NCBI GenBank assembly: GCA_965235115.1
Contig: OZ249436.1
Location: 23,438,001-23,502,000, forward strand
Direction: 5' to 3'
DNA from: Laetmonice hystrix
Taxonomy: Eukaryota
Length of the DNA: 64,000 nucleotides
In this document: piece by piece, positions 25,381 through 39,858 of the stretch
Layout of the letters: each line of letters starts with the position of its first letter
Position numbering within the stretch: the stretch's first letter is position 1
Position numbers and translations under genes: made by a program
The notes under the pieces: model-generated
What the model was told of the DNA's origin: nothing
The model's input: the letters and a program-made list of their open reading frames with translations, nothing else
Databases searched by the model: none

Positions 25381-26830
25381 CTAGCCTTCCCTAGCTTTCA
25401 CAAACGAATCCCACGGGAGATCAGATTCTTTCAGGTTTTTGATCGGATGTTCGCGTTGGCTATAAATATGCACTCGATCTTCTTCGTCGATGTTTTCGCG
25501 TATTTTCCCATGTTTCAAGCGTTGTGCATGTATTGGAATACTCATTAGGTTGTTAGTGTGGTATTCTCTCAATTTATAATGTAGTTGGCCCTCTTCTGCA
25601 ACAATAACATAGGGACCGTGCCAATTGTGGCTTAAGGCTTTCGAAAAACCTTTTTCTGTTTCTAGGAACGTACACATATACTAGATCGCCGATTTTGAAA
25701 TTTGCGGGGCGGGCTCGTTTGTTGAACGCTCGGCGGTATTTATCTCGGCTTTCTTGCGATGTTAGTCGGCCAGCTTCTCGTGCCTTCTCAAGGATAGCAA
25801 AGAAACCTTCGAGATACTGACGAATTGAACGTTTTGAATTTGGTGGTGGTCTAATGACGGTGTCGACCGGCTTAAGTGGTTCGTGGCCTAGCATGAGGTA
25901 ATTCGGGGAGAACCCAGTGGAGGAGGATGGCATCGAGTTTATACAACTCACCACTGCTTGCATGGCTTTGTCCCACTCATTTTCAAAATGATCCAGATAA
26001 AAGGACAGGACCTGTTGTACTGTCTCCTGTAACCGTTCCACAATCCCATGTGATCGTGCCACATAGGGGCAAGAAAACTGTTGGTCCACTCCATAAATTC
26101 GACAGATTTCACGCATGATCTGTGAGGTGAACGCGGGACTTCTGTCTGATGACAGACTACGAGGGGCACCTAGTTTACTTAGCCATTCATCAAATTAAAC
26201 AGTGGCCACCTGCTCTGCTGTGGTATCCTTTATAGGCCTCAAAACACAATATCGTGTGGCATAGTCCATTATGACCAACGCATGCATGTTTCATACCGGT
26301 AGATGTTTCTTTAATTGGACCTAGTATATCAAGGGTCACCAGCTCTAAGACCTCTGGTTCTGGCGTTGTTCCAAGATCGGGGCGGCGTTGATTGGTGTCA
26401 CGCTTATGTGACTGGCATTCTCTGCAGGTATGGACGTAATGAGCTACGTCTCTCGCTACTGTTTCCCAGTAATACCTTGCCAGGATTGCTTGAAGTGTTT
26501 TTTCAACTCCGAAATGGCCTCCCTGAACACCATCGTGATAATCATGTAGGATTCTACCGCGCAGAGACTTGGGGATTACCAAGCAATGGTTTTGCACACC
26601 ACCTTTCCCGTTGGCCCTACCAATGCGGCACAAAATTTGGTTCTCATTTACAAAATATTCTGGGGCATGTAAAATTGTTTTTCTAGTCTGATGATCATCG
26701 GCTGGCAATTGCCCACTTTCTATATAGTTTATGACATCTGCTACATCAGCATCCTCCAGTTGGAGTTTCCGAATGTCGGCGGCTGAGTATTCAGAATCGA
26801 CTGTACTTTCCCGGACCTGTCCTATAAATA
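25381..26830 (-). pseudogene. pol: Integrase (HHCC finger, DDE core, GPY/F module), frameshifted
   Basis: HDGVQGGHFG..C..C; TLDILGP; HGIVER; FSPNYLMLG; NWHGPY. Confidence 0.92.
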
Positions 26831-27358
26831 GACAGGTTCTGCTATCCCGTTCCGTCTCCGGCTCCGGGATCGGCTATGCCGATCTCGGAATAGGAAGTGG
26901 CCAGGTTACCATAACAACAACATAACAACAAACACAAGAGTGAATATGGCAGGTGATTTGACTTTGGTCGGGTTGGCTGCTCTGACAGATTGTGTCACCC
27001 TGCGAGCGCCATGCGATGACACGGCCTAGCTGCAGTGAATGCAAAACAGCACATCACTTTATGATCAAAATAGTTGAAAATACCACGAGATAATTGTGCT
27101 GACAGCCGATTCACTAAAGTCTTCAAATATTGATCCAACTACTTGACACTTCAAATCCATTGTGTCAACTCATGGAAAGAAGAAATCGAGGAAAACCCTA
27201 CGCCGTTAGACACTTACGGGACAGAGCCGATCTATCTCGGGACCCGGGAACGGCTCAGTTTCAAATACGCGCGTATCGATGACGTCACGGTATTTTCTGA
27301 TGACGCGACGCTGTGCTAAGCCGGAGCCGGAGACGGAACCGGGATAGCAGAACCTGTC
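26831..27358. mobile_element. MITE inserted in pol between RNase H and integrase
   Basis: TIR gacaggttctgctatccc(g)gttccgtctccggctccgg; aata on both sides; the joined flanks read open (QRLFIGQVRES). Confidence 0.85.
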
Positions 27359-27418
27359 AATAGTCTTTGGGTCCTCTTTACTACACCCAGGTCTATCGTT
27401 TAGTCCCTTTTTGGCCTC

Positions 27419-28692
27419 TTAACTCTTTGATCTTGTAAGGACACTAACAATGGGTTCCTTGGCCGGTAGGCAGGGGTCGCTCTCAACCGTTCGCTCATAC
27501 TCGCGTCTTGACATGGCATCGGCATTTCCTAACTGTTTTCCCGGTCTATTTTTCACTATGAAATTATAATTTAGAAGCTCTGTGGCCCATCGAGCAAATT
27601 TTCCTTTTAATTCTCTTTGTCTATTCAGGAGAGATTGGAGTGCACTATGGTCTGTTATGAGCTCGAAATGGTTGTGCCTGAGGTAGTGATCAAAGTGGAT
27701 CACTCCAGAATAGGCGGCCAGCATTTCTTTCTCGGTTACTCCATAACTGAGTTGATATTTTTGCAGGGATTTCCCTCCATAAGCCACAACTCTCTCCTTG
27801 CCTGAATCGTCATCCTGAGTACAAACCCTACAGAAAAATCTGAACTGTCTGTATAGAGCCTGAAAGATTTATCCAGATTTGGATGTGCGAGAATGGGTGG
27901 ACTGGTCAAAGCGTCCTTAATAATTCCAAATGATTCCTCGCATTTGTCAGTCCAGACAAATTTCTCACCTTTTTTCAAGAGATTGTTTAAAGGTTTAGCT
28001 ATCTTCGCATAGTCCCTAATGAAGCGTTTGTAGAATTGTGCCAGGCCTAGGAAGCTTCGCGTCTGTTTCACTGTCTCTAGTCTGGGAAATGCTTTAACAT
28101 CCTCACATATCCTCGAATCGGCTTTGATCCCCTCGGATGTTATGCGGAATCCCAAAAATTTCAGCTCATTCCGAGCCAACTGCGTTTTGGCCGCCCGAAG
28201 TTTTAGGCCTGCTTCCCGGAGTCAGTTGAACACGCGCCTTAAAGCATCTAGGTGTTCGGGGAAGGTTTTAGAATAAACCAGCAAATCGTCTAAATATAAT
28301 ACTAAAATAACATTTATCAAGTCCCTAAAAGTCTGGTTCATGCATCTTTGGAATTGGGCCGGGCTTGTGCTCAATCCCATTGGTAGTCGGTTAAATTCAG
28401 ATAAATTGTGAGGAACAGAAAACGCTGTGTACTGTTTTGTTGAATCGTCTAATTCCATTTGTAGGAAACCTTTTTCCAGATCAAAGCTTGTCAGATATCG
28501 TGGTCGGTTTCTCCCTACCTGGTCCAGGCAGCGGTCCATTCTAGGAAGTGGATAGGAATCTTTTTGGATCAATTTGTTTACCTCACGAAAGTCCACAACT
28601 AAACGTAAATCACCTGGTCTATTCGGTTTGGGTATTACTATTGCTCGGGCCGTTTTGCGCATATCCCTTTCCTGTGGAGCCCTGAATCCCAT
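27419..28692 (-). pseudogene. pol: Reverse transcriptase and RNase H, frameshifted; RT N-terminus apparently deleted
   Basis: RLVVDFREVN, YPLPRMD, DLEKGFLQ, LPMGLSTSP, YLDD; FLGLAQFYKRFI; YTDSS, EKEMLA, TDHSAL, NADAMSR. Confidence 0.95.
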
Positions 28693-28699
28693 GGTAAAG

Positions 28700-29190
28700 G
28701 TTCTACCTGTCCAACTGTTTTGTCCCTATACGGTCCATCCACAAAACACGGCACACACATCCTCGATCGAGGGGGAATCACTGTTCGTTTGACAATGTAC
28801 ACCTTACTATACGGCTTAAGGTGGATTACATGTCTTGCTAGGTTCAGCACAGCCTGATGCTGACGGAGGAAGGTGTCCCCTAGTACAATGAGTAACTGTC
28901 GTGAGTCCACAACATAAAGTTTTACTCGAAACCAACTTTGGTCCACAATAATGTTTAAATATACTTTACCAGCCACAGTCGCTCTCTTAGCACCATCTGC
29001 TAATAACACTGCCTTATATTCAGAAGAATATATCTTCACGTTATTTCGGCGCTGTAGCTTTGTTAATAAAGCTGACGAGATTGTGCTAATTTGTGCACCT
29101 GTGTCCACTAACGCGGTAGCTGATAGTCCTTCTACTGTCACTGGAATACAACTTTCTTCATTCATGTTCACTTCAACATAGCTGTCGTCC
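28700..29190 (-). pseudogene. pol: Retropepsin protease
   Basis: ALVDTGAQISTI ... IVLGDTFL. Confidence 0.9.
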
Positions 29191-29271
29191 TGGATGGTTC
29201 CTTTGTCCGCAATTCCTGATTCATACTTTTCCCTTGCCGACCCACAGTCACCAGGTTCCCTGTAGGTACAG

Positions 29272-30176
29272 CTAGCTAGTTTTTTGGGTAGTTCCGACGT
29301 GTCGGCCATCCTGAATGGCCCTGGGGTTGTGGCTGGATCCCCGCCGCAGATGTGTGGCACTGCCTTGTTGCACGTGGGATTCCACACGGCGTCCATCTTG
29401 CTGTCTCCTATATCCCCGATGCCTAAATTCCATCAGCTCTTCATGCCTTGTCTGTCGGTCGTGCTCCCCTTGTTGAAACTGAGGTGACGCCCGCCATTCA
29501 GGACGTCTGGGAGGTAGATATTTCGCAGGGGGTTTTCCCGCTCTGGGGCCTGGAGGGAATAATATGAGCCCTTCATGTGCCAACTGAAGCGCATCTCCCA
29601 GATCGGTCATCACTGAGTTATTTACCCAGCGATACACTGGATCGGGGAGACCTAGAATAAATTTCTTCACAACTTCATCGTTCGTCTTTTCCAGGCGTGC
29701 CTATCTTCTAGATAGTCGGCAAATTCTTCTAGATCGCCGAACCTGCTGTATTTGGCATGGGCAAAGTCCTACTCCATTTTGTGTCGATCACTCGCTCCTT
29801 GGTATCTTCTTATAAAAGCGTCTTTTAGTTTGCTGAAGTTGGTTTTGGATTCCCCGTCCAAGTTTGAATACCACTGAAGGGCAGATGCATGTAGATACGT
29901 CGGAAAGGCCCTGGCTTTTCTTCCATCGCCCCATCTATTAAAATTAGCGATTGCTTCAAAGTGCATTATGTAAGTCATGGGATCATCTCGTCGATGAAAA
30001 CGTTGAGGGTGTTTCTTAACCTCAGGCATTGCGTCTTCTTCCATTTTAGGCGATTGTTGTTGTTGCTGATGTTGTTGTATCTGTTGATGCTGTATCACTT
30101 GAAGGTTTTGTACGCCTTCATTTAGACCTTGTATAGCCTCATCTATGGTACGTTTCCACTGTATCTCTTCCGCCAT
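29272..30176 (-). pseudogene. gag: Gag (capsid-like), disrupted
   Basis: HFEAIANFNRWGDGRKA...ALQWYSNL...LKDAFIRRY; KFILGL...ALQLA. Confidence 0.85.
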
Positions 30177-30576
30177 TGTACTGAGTGTTATTGCTGTTAA
30201 AGATTACCCGGCTGACCCACCATGTCGGGATCTCTCAACGCGTCCTTATTAAGCTTTGCCTTTGGGGAGCATAACTCGCTTTCCGGAGGTACTTGAATTC
30301 CGTCTTTATTCGCACTTGCCAACTCTCTCCATCTCTCTCCAATACAACTTCTCAACTCTGCCCATCTGCCCACCTTCTCTCTCCCACTAACTTTCAACTC
30401 GCTCTAACTTTAACTTTTCCATGCACACCCGTCTGACCAATCTCAGACCTTGCTGCCGGGCGGCTCCGCCCCCTGCTCACCCCCTCACTGGGGTGTCACC
30501 TTATCTGACCTTTCGCCCGCGCTGGGGGAGCCTCGCATTCTATAGTGCCAGCTTCTGTACGTGACACTATGTTCAT

Positions 30577-32480
30577 AACCAGAGTTAATTCAGTTATGTC
30601 AGTTCTGAATACACATATACCTCCAACCCCACCCTGACTGGGAGGAAAGGGGGAGTATCCAAAAACATGTATTAGACAGTTACACCTACAGTTTAGAGGC
30701 ACAGCTAATTCAGTAATGTCAGTTTAGAATACACATTCCTCCAACCCCACCCTGACTGGGAGGAAGGGGGGAGTAGTCACGACCGACCGGCGGGGGGCCC
30801 TTATCACCAGCCCTTACGTGACTCTGCCGACCCCAGGCGTCCGCGTCACAGTAGGAGATCTGTGTATTCAGAGATGCCAAGTTCCGTCAGAGTGCAAAAA
30901 TATTATTGTGAAGACTATACCCATTAAAAGTTACAATTCTGGCCAGATTACCTTTCCCCCAAAAGAACTAAACAAGCAGTGGTTTACATGAATCTATACA
31001 CTTTACAATAATTACAACAATTATCGTTGTATTTGCATATGGCTATCTTAAAGCTGTTTCAAGATAGAGCCCATCAACATCAAATTACATATTTCATCAT
31101 CAATACACAATTATTGTCTATTGATAAATTTATGAAAAAATCTATGCAAAGTTACCAATCGTTAATAGCAGCAGAAATCTGGTGAACAAATACGCGATTC
31201 CTATCTGACTGAAGCAATTTTAGCAAAAAATGTCAAAAGTGACAAATTTTAAAGGCACGTGACTCTTAATATCTAGTCAAATTCTTTATTTCGAAACGCC
31301 CCAATAAAGAGCCACATTATGAGACTTTTCAGATACACTTTGGCTACATATTGAAAAATATCAAGGGAGGAGATGCAATTTAAGCTGTTTTCCATCTTTG
31401 ACCTAGATCTCCAAAAGATCAAAGGTCAGAGGTCAAATTCAGGTAAATGGTGATTAAGGCCTAAGTGCTTACCTACATTTTTCTCTACTTTAATTTGACT
31501 GTCCTGTGATTTAGCCAACCGTGGAACCATCCACACCAACCTGCTGGCTCACTCAACCAAGGGCAGAGCTGGCCAAGAGTTCTCTTGTTCTCCTCCAATA
31601 TAAGATTCAAGAATATAATATACTCTTCCAATATAAGATTCAAGAATATAATATCTTAGACAGTTACACCTACAGTTATAAAGACAAAGTTCCAGCTATT
31701 CAATTAAGTCTGTTCTCAGCAAGGGTCCACCAACCCACCCTGACTGGGAGGAATGGGGGAGTCACCGCGACCCCGACCTTATCAGTAGCAGTTACGTAAC
31801 ACTGCCGACCCCGGGCGGCTGTTCACAGCCGGTGGTCTGTATACACTGACTATATTACCTTTCCAAGAAAAGAACTAAACGATCAGTGGTATCCTGACTC
31901 TATACACTTTGTAACTGTTATATTTGTAGATGGCTATCATACACACGTTTCAAGATAGAGCCTGCCAACGTCAGATTACATATTTCATCATAAATAAAAA
32001 GATATTGGTAAATTTATGCAAAAAATTATGCAAAGTGATCAATCTTAAATAGGAGCACACATCTAGTGACCAAATATATTATTCCTATCTCGTTGAAGCA
32101 ATTTTAGCCAAAAGGGCCAAATTTCAAAGTCACGTGACTCTCTTAAGATAAGTCAAATTCTTGATTTCTAAACGTCCCCATAAAGTGCCACCTTATGAGA
32201 CTCTTCAGACACACTTTGCCTACATATTGCCAAATATCAAGGGAGGAGATGCAATTTAAGCTGTTTAACATCTTTGACCTATATCTCACAAAGGTCCAAG
32301 CTCAGAGGTCAAATTCAGGTGTATGACGATTAATGCCTAAGTGCCTAATTAGAAACAATCATGTAGATTGCTCCTAATTTTCCAGAAATTCAAGAAATGA
32401 GCCCTGCTTTAAGAAACTTTAACACGTCATAAGTCATTGACGTGACGTCATATGACATAATCAGTCAATAGCTGATCATT
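30577..32480. repeat. Diverged ~0.95-kb tandem duplication (LTR-like fragment plus interspersed repeat body)
   Basis: ccaacccaccctgactgggagga, gacagttacacctacagtt and the following ~600 bp occur at about 30.7-31.5 kb and 31.65-32.35 kb. Confidence 0.65.
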
Positions 32481-34020
32481 TTAGTGGATGATCAATGTTC
32501 CCTGCAAGTTTCATGACGATACCTCCATAGATAACCGAGATACAGCCATAGTCTTACTACGCCAATAATCAGAAGAAGAAGAAGAAGAAGAAGAAGAAGA
32601 AGAAGAAGAAGAATAGTGTAGACGAAACCAAGTAATTTCAAAATCCCATTTCCCCCTTGGGGGGGGGGGGATGGGATAATGATAGGGAACCCCAACGCGT
32701 ACAACAACAAAATCCCGTTCCCTATGGGAAACGGGATAACTATGCACCTATCTGGCTCCATTTCCAAGTTATAGCCACCTAAAACTACTGATCACGTCAT
32801 GCACCTATGTAGGGTCACGTGACATCATTAGGAATGGTGTCAATTGAAAGGCCACATATGACTTCCTATTTAAGTTCAATTGAAACAATGTGCCTAACTA
32901 GCGCCGATGTGGCTAGGGCCAACATCTTGTATCCCATCCCCTGGCAATGAAAATCCATTATTATGTTAGATTACTTCCTATATGGCCTCAAAATTTAATA
33001 TTGGTAATCTATCAATGACGTCATTGTCACATAATACGTCACCCTACATCATAGATTTTGGTATCTTTTGAAAGAACATGTTCCTATTATTGCTTCAATA
33101 GTAACCATAGCTCTATTTGGCCCCGTTTCAGAGTTATGGCTGTTTCAATAATATTGGTGATCTATCAATTATGTCACTATGACGTAATACATCACTGTAT
33201 ATTCATCGATTTCGGTGTCATTTGAAAGAGCATGTATGTCTTCCTAGATGGATTCAATAGTAGCCATAGCTCTATCCTGTCCCGTTTAGGAATTTTTGCT
33301 GTTTAAATAATATTGGGGATCTATCAATGATGTCATTGTGACGTAATACATCACCTTTCAGTGCTAGCGCAAGACTACCGCCTGGCAATCATTTTTTTTC
33401 TTTACTACAGCTATATTCAGTTCACATTTGTTTTTGGTAGTTGGAAGAATAAGTCAGTAGAGTCGTTTCTTAAGTTTTGAAACTTTAATTTCTGAGGCAC
33501 ACATGTCTTCTTCGACCCATGTAATGTATTTATTATACCTTTGCACGAAATAACGAGCGCTGATTGGCTGAGCTACGAGTGTGATAAAAAAAATCTGTAT
33601 TACCCCTGTCCACTGACCTAAAAATAGTTCGACCCAGTTTTGTACCAATAGACATCCGGCATTTGAAACGTGACTCCACGTGACTCGTGTTTGGCCTACT
33701 TGAAATCCTGTATCACTACTGTTTACTGACCCAGATATGGCCCGACCTCATTTTTCCACCAATGAACGGAGGGTGCGTGTTTTAATACCTACGTCACAAT
33801 TCATTTGTTCGACTGTTACCTGACGTCACAATCCGTTTGTTGAATTGTTACCATGACCAATGTCGTCAAAATGACCTACGTCATAATTCATCGTCATAGT
33901 TATGTCCCGGCGTCACATAAAATAGTCGCCAATACAGCGCATTCTCACTAAGTTAGAAACAATTAATCCAACTTAAATATATTACCATTAATTAATTTAT
34001 GAAAAAGGTATAATAAATAC

Positions 34021-34178
34021 AGGAACAAACTCGTGTGTGATAACGGGATTCTGTATCAGACTCGACGGCAAGCGCGGAGATTCACATCAGCACTCGTGCT
34101 TCGCACTCGTGCTGATATTACTCCGCGCTTGCCGCCTCGTCTGATACAGAATCCCGTATCACACACTCGGTCGTTCCT
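34021..34178. other. Long imperfect hairpin, possibly the end of a non-autonomous Crypton-like element
   Basis: Arms of about 75 nt around the loop gcttcgc, with three CTCG/CTCG internal mismatches; the family assignment is from recall only. Confidence 0.55.
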
Positions 34179-34345
34179 GTGTATGCACCACGCGGTCAAT
34201 GTCTATATGTTCCTCATCGTCAACTATAGTATCCTTTCTCTCCTCCTTCTTCCCTAGACTCTCTATTGGTGCCCCTATATATCCCCTCCTTCACGGTTTT
34301 CCCCCGTCCCAATCTAAAAGGATGGACAATGGTCACTGGCGGGCG

Positions 34346-36484
34346 GGCCTTGCAACAACCCACTTTGAAAAAATTACGCACTTTGAAAATGTTATTTTCA
34401 AAGTGGGTTAACATTTGGGACCAACTCAACGCACTTTGAAACATTTTTTCAAAGTGCGTTAAAATGTGGGTCCACCTCAACGCACTTTGAAAAAAAAAAT
34501 TATTCAAAGTGCGTTAAAAACAACCATCGTGACGCCCTTTGAAAAATTTAACTTAAAGAAAGATTGGTTCATGGTGGCTTTTGCATTTGACATGAATGTT
34601 CTTTGTAGACAGCCTAAGAGCCCCACGCATGGAATAAACGGTCTGACTTTAGGCCCTACTTCACGTTTTCAATGAAAACCTTTGCAATTTTTAGCTGACT
34701 CTCAGGCTTTGGTTTTTGTTCCCAGATGCCAGGATGGACAGGCCTATGCAATCCCAACTTGTCGGGCTTTTCAAGGAAAAACGCTTCGAATGTATATCGG
34801 GCGCTGCCATGATCAATGGAACCTGCTAAAAGTCCCAAGAATTGCTCAAGAGGCCATAAATTATTAAACTTTATTCTATTAAGCCTAATGTAAAGAAAAA
34901 GAAATGTTAAAGTAAAATGAGTCAATTAAACTCAGAAAGGTAAAGTATAAGCAAAAAAGTATGTTCTAAGGAATTTGTATATAAAACAAGAAAACGTTAC
35001 TTAAGTAAAGTTTACTTTACTAAAGTACATGAATTTTTAAAAAACCGGACACAGATCAATGTCTCAATCATTATCGGCAAATTCACTTGAGGCTTCCAGG
35101 AGGATGAGAAGGGGCCTCCCCCTTAAAATAAATGGTAGGGAAAATGTTTACTCTCCCGCTGGACGAGTAAATAGGCCAGTTCACTCGCCCAAGCTGCAAG
35201 TTGGTCGCCATTTGCGACCGGGCGAGTTTTAAGCTGAAGCCCTGCCTATATCACAATTTCCATGCATTATAGATAACGGTAAATGATACAGTTTTACCAT
35301 TGAGACAATTTTGTCGTGGGCATTGTCAGCGAGAAATTCCTAAAACATCATTGGGGCCATATCCACTAAGGCGATTCACTATAAGACGACGACCCCAAAA
35401 ACGACTACCCTGTTCCGGTTAGATACGTCCGAACGGCTAGTTATGTCCGATAGGAGATATGTCCGCAAACATCAGCTAGATATGTCCGAAGAAATGGATA
35501 TGTCCGCAAATATCAGCTAGATGTGTCCGGTACCGGACACATCTAGCTGACATTTGCGGACATATCCAGATTACCGGACATATCTAGCTGACATTTGCGG
35601 ACATATCCAGATTACCGGGCAAATCCAGCTGGGGAACTATACCTACTAGTCCGGGGGGCCACTAGTCCGAGAGTCCACTAGTCCGAAGTTGACAGTAGGC
35701 ACAGGGGAACATGAGGCAAATAGGGGATTAACCTTAGGGGGCGTTAGTCCGACAGCCCAGTGGTGCGACAGACCAATCCCCTATATGGGTTAGAGTTAAG
35801 GTTAGGTTTAGGGTTAGTTATATTTGGTTTTTGGGTTAGGGTTGCCTATTGCCCACTTCGGACTAGTGAACCCTCGGACTAGTGAACTTTCGGACTAGTG
35901 AACCCTACCCTCTAGTTGATATTTGCGGACAGATCCGGATTACCGGACATATCTAGCTGATATTTGCAGACATATCCGGGTTACCGGACGTATCTAGCTG
36001 ATATTTTCGGACATATATCCTCTCGGACATAACTAGCCGTTTGGACATATCTAACTGGAACATACCCTATACGACGAGCAGCACGACCCCCGATCCCGAC
36101 GGAAATGTCACAACATGGATGATCCGATAATTTTGAGGTTATTTTCAGTCCGTCCAGTTTGCCTTGAATCGAATGCTAATTTCTGCCAATTTTCAACAAA
36201 AACACCTCGTTATCCCATTAACGAATGCATAACCGAGCTGGAATTTCTATTTTTAAAAATTATAAAATAGCCGTATATGACAAGAAATAGGTGAAGGCAG
36301 TGCCACAATCGAAGTGAAATATTTCTTTGATGTACTTTTTAACGCAGTTTGAAAAAAAAAATTCAAAGTGCGTTGAGGTGAACCAAAAGTTTGACGCACT
36401 TTGAAAATATTTTTCAAAGTGCGTTGGTTCCAAATGTTAACGCGCTTTGAAAAAACATTTTTCAAAGTGGGTTGTTACAGGGCC
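34346..36484. mobile_element. TIR element with subterminal repeats; contains nested palindromic MITEs (about 35410-36067 and 35631-35910)
   Basis: ggccttgcaacaacccactttgaaaaa / tttttcaaagtgggttgttacagggcc; repeated cgcactttgaaaa; inner arrays of gatatgtccg and actagtccg in inverted orientation. Confidence 0.7.
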
Positions 36485-37365
36485 TTCATTGGCGCGTTGC
36501 CCACGGCCAATTAGCTGGCCATCCTCTCACCGGCTTCTATGATTGACAGCTACAGCCCGGCTGGCATGTCATGATGTGTTATATGCGCTTGCTCAGTGGT
36601 GCATAGTGGTAGCAGCGGAGACAAACATACAATAGATAGTATACCACAAGAAACCTCAAGCTGTGTCTACCCTACAACAGGTTAAATGGTTAAAATACCA
36701 AATGATATGTTATCCCTCTCTTAGCACGCTCCCTAATAATATTTGAGGCCCAGGGAGGAGTCTCACTTATGGTAGATCCGCAGGTTACTGCAAGGACAAT
36801 AGATGCGATTGTCATCCACACTAGACTGTTGGCTCAGGCTGAAACCAAGTGCAGCTGACCAAAAGTTTGTCGTGTCACTCCACAACAACAAACAACACAA
36901 TCCACAAACAATCAATTGTATTGTTTTTTCAGCTCTCCTATGCAAGATTCAAAAAACAAATGTATTGGACAGTTACACCTACAGTTCAAAGGCACAGCTC
37001 TGAATACACAATCACATTCCTCCAACAGAAAAGATACGATTTGACCACTTTCGGACAAGTGACCTACTTTTCCATGACATCAAAGGTCAAAGGTCAAAAT
37101 AATGAAGATTAGTAAAAAAGAGTCTATGCCCGATTATTAGGCTATGAAAAGTTTTGGGAAACTATGGAATATGGCTTCAAGAAATGCCTATACGTCTAAA
37201 ATGCAAAATACGTCATGACGTCATGAGGTGACGTCGTATGACGTAATAAATATAGGGGTCGAATCTCTCTACCATGATGAATGTCCCTGCCAAGTTTCAT
37301 TTGGATATAAAATTAATGACTGAGATGTGCGCACAAATGCAACTACTACTACAACTACTACTACA

Positions 37366-37400
<35 letters not shown>

Positions 37401-37944
37401 GCTGGGAATAATAATAATACGGAAGACGAAACCATACAACTATAAAATCCCATCCCCCTCCATGGGGGATGGGATAATAATAATACAGAAGATGAAACCC
37501 CACAATTTCAAAATCCCATCCCCTTGATGGGGGATGGGATAATAAAAAGGAAGACGAAACCATACAACATCAAAATTCCACTCACCTAGAAGGTGATGTA
37601 CACACATGCAATCCTTGATCGCTGGACATTTTAAGTGTAGCGCCCACCCCAACCAGAGTTGGATCAGTTGGGTGATGCTTCCTACATAGGCCCTTATCAC
37701 CAGCAGTTTTGATGCAGTGCAATGTTGAGGCAGATGCTTCCCCAGTGTACGAACCCAACGTTCTCCGGAGTGTTGTTGTAGGTACACCTGTAACAAAGTG
37801 GTTCAGTTTTAAAATTCAATTTCATTGATCCAAAATTATGTAATATCTATTTCCAAAGGACGCATTTCATCCCTGATCACCAAATTTCATGAGTCGAAAA
37901 TTATATTTTTGAAACATACACACCGCAAGTATGTAGGGTCTACT

Positions 37945-38215
37945 CTCTATCCTTATTGACAAGATACTATACCCCCAGCAATTTCCAGCCTTACTGACAC
38001 AGTACTATACACCCAGAGATCCATATCCTTACTGACATAGTACTGTACACCCCATGATTTCTATCCTTATTGACACAGTACTGTACACCCAGAGGTCCCT
38101 ATCCTTATTGACACAGTACTGTACACACCGAGATCCCTATTCTTACTGACACAGTAGGCCTACTGTACACCCCGAGATCCCTATCCTTAGTGAGACAGTA
38201 CTATACACACATAGA
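37945..38215. repeat. ~39-bp minisatellite, about 7 units
   Basis: Unit ctatcctta(c/t)tgacacagtactgtacaccc(c)agagatcc. Confidence 0.85.
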
Positions 38216-38339
38216 CCCTTCCTAAATATCACGGTAGCCACACTCACTTGATTCCCTTTCTGGTGACCACATCGGGATGCTTCTTCATGTAGGGCCTATC
38301 CCCCGAGGGTCTCAGAATTCACTGTCCTGTAGACAGCTG

Positions 38340-39575
38340 GGGCCTGTTTCTCGAAGGTGTCGTAAGTTCAACATTACGCAAGGATTTACGCAAGGCATTA
38401 CGAATGGCATAAGTCATGGCGTAAGATGGTTTCTCGAGAGGTACTTACGCAAGACCTAACCTGAGGACTTGGGCATAACAGGGTACTGCAATGACACACT
38501 AGGTGGCATCAAAAAGAGGTCAAATAAGTGCGTTTCCATGGCAATCTATTGTCATTGAAATAGCTTCACCAGTTCGGAGTGGGTAACACATGAGAGGAAG
38601 GTCTGAGGACAGGGGATAGAGGTGTATAAAAATCTGCCACGCGGTGGTGCATTATAATCTTTCTGGGGGTAAATCAGAGGTACACATTAGAAATGAACAT
38701 AAGAATTGTCTCTGACATAAAATGTTTATCCATTATTTTGAACAAGAGTAGCCCATAGCAGTAGTGTAGGAAGGAAAAAAATATTGGGGGGGGGAGAAGT
38801 GACGTCATAATGACTTAAGTGCTGAACCCACCAAGGCGATTCCCCTTGCGATGCCCATGCGATTTTCACACCACCCTTTTATTTTACTGTAATTTTGAGA
38901 TTAAAGGATGGAACCCATTTCCTGAAAATTTCAGAGTGAAATTCCACCATTAAATCAAAAACCGCATGGCCGCCGCAAGGGGAATCGCCTTGGTGGGTTT
39001 AGCACTTTACGCCTATGGTTTTGCATTGAGCCATGCGGTCATTTTATAAATATTGGGGGCAGCAGCCCCCTCTGCCCCCAACTTCCTACGCCCCTGCATA
39101 GTGAAACTAGGGGTACGGTAGTGCATTCAAATGATACAAATTCATTAATACGGTACTAAATGTCGTTATCAGTAAAGTGCTAAGTTTATCTCTCTCTCAT
39201 TTTCCTGTTCTATGTATAGCTTATGTTCGATTACGTCCGATTCATGAAAATAATGTTCATCGTTTTTCAATGTAGCAAATGATGCTACATTGAGGAAAAT
39301 CAAAGTAAAATCAAGTTTACTGCTAGCACTTTTCTACCCATAATTTGGACTTATATTGAGTATACATGTCTTTTAACCTGCCAATGTTTTCCTGCTTCAC
39401 TGGTCAATGGTCACTTTCCACAAACCACTCAGAATCGGTTGCGTACGTCACCTCGCTGGTCGTCGTAACTTTAGACCTGATTTACGCAACGGCGCAAATT
39501 TGCGCAGCCGTCAAGAAACACCAACGACAGGATACGCATGGCGTAACTGATACGACGCTTTCGAGAAACAGGCCC
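38340..39575. mobile_element. Harbinger-like element E, copy 1 (contains 38759-39096 MITE with catag TSD, which itself contains a ~190-bp palindromic MITE)
   Basis: TIR gggcctgtttctcgaa; ctg/cgg flanks; colinear in reverse with copy 2. Confidence 0.85.
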
Positions 39576-39858
39576 CGGGTCTAGATTTCTTGTCCGCGTC
39601 AAAGACTGCCACTACGGGCTGTTACGTATCTCCGACGGGTTATTACGGATTGAACGGTTTGGGATGCTTGCCGATATATAGGCAAGCGTCACCACGTAAC
39701 CCACGCGTTGGCTACCTTGATTCGTAGCAACCCGTAGCAGGCCAATACCAACCCATCACAATAGGTAGGGTACCACCCGTAGCACGCCGTATCAACCCGT
39801 ATCAAGCCGTAGTGGATACGTACCAATACTTGGTGTGATCCGTTCCTATACCAACCAG

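Larger units (their letters stand above)
25137..30176 (-). mobile_element. Decayed Ty3/Gypsy retrotransposon gag-pol (PR-RT-RH-IN-chromodomain); paired LTRs not identified
   Basis: Gypsy domain order on the minus strand, with several frameshifts, stops and a MITE insertion. Confidence 0.95.

Noticed and set aside
35785..35845. ggttag/ttaggg telomere-like repeats
   Set aside because: Short, degenerate and internal to a MITE.
37945..38215. CRISPR-like periodicity
   Set aside because: Head-to-tail minisatellite with no unique spacers, in eukaryotic DNA, and no cas genes.
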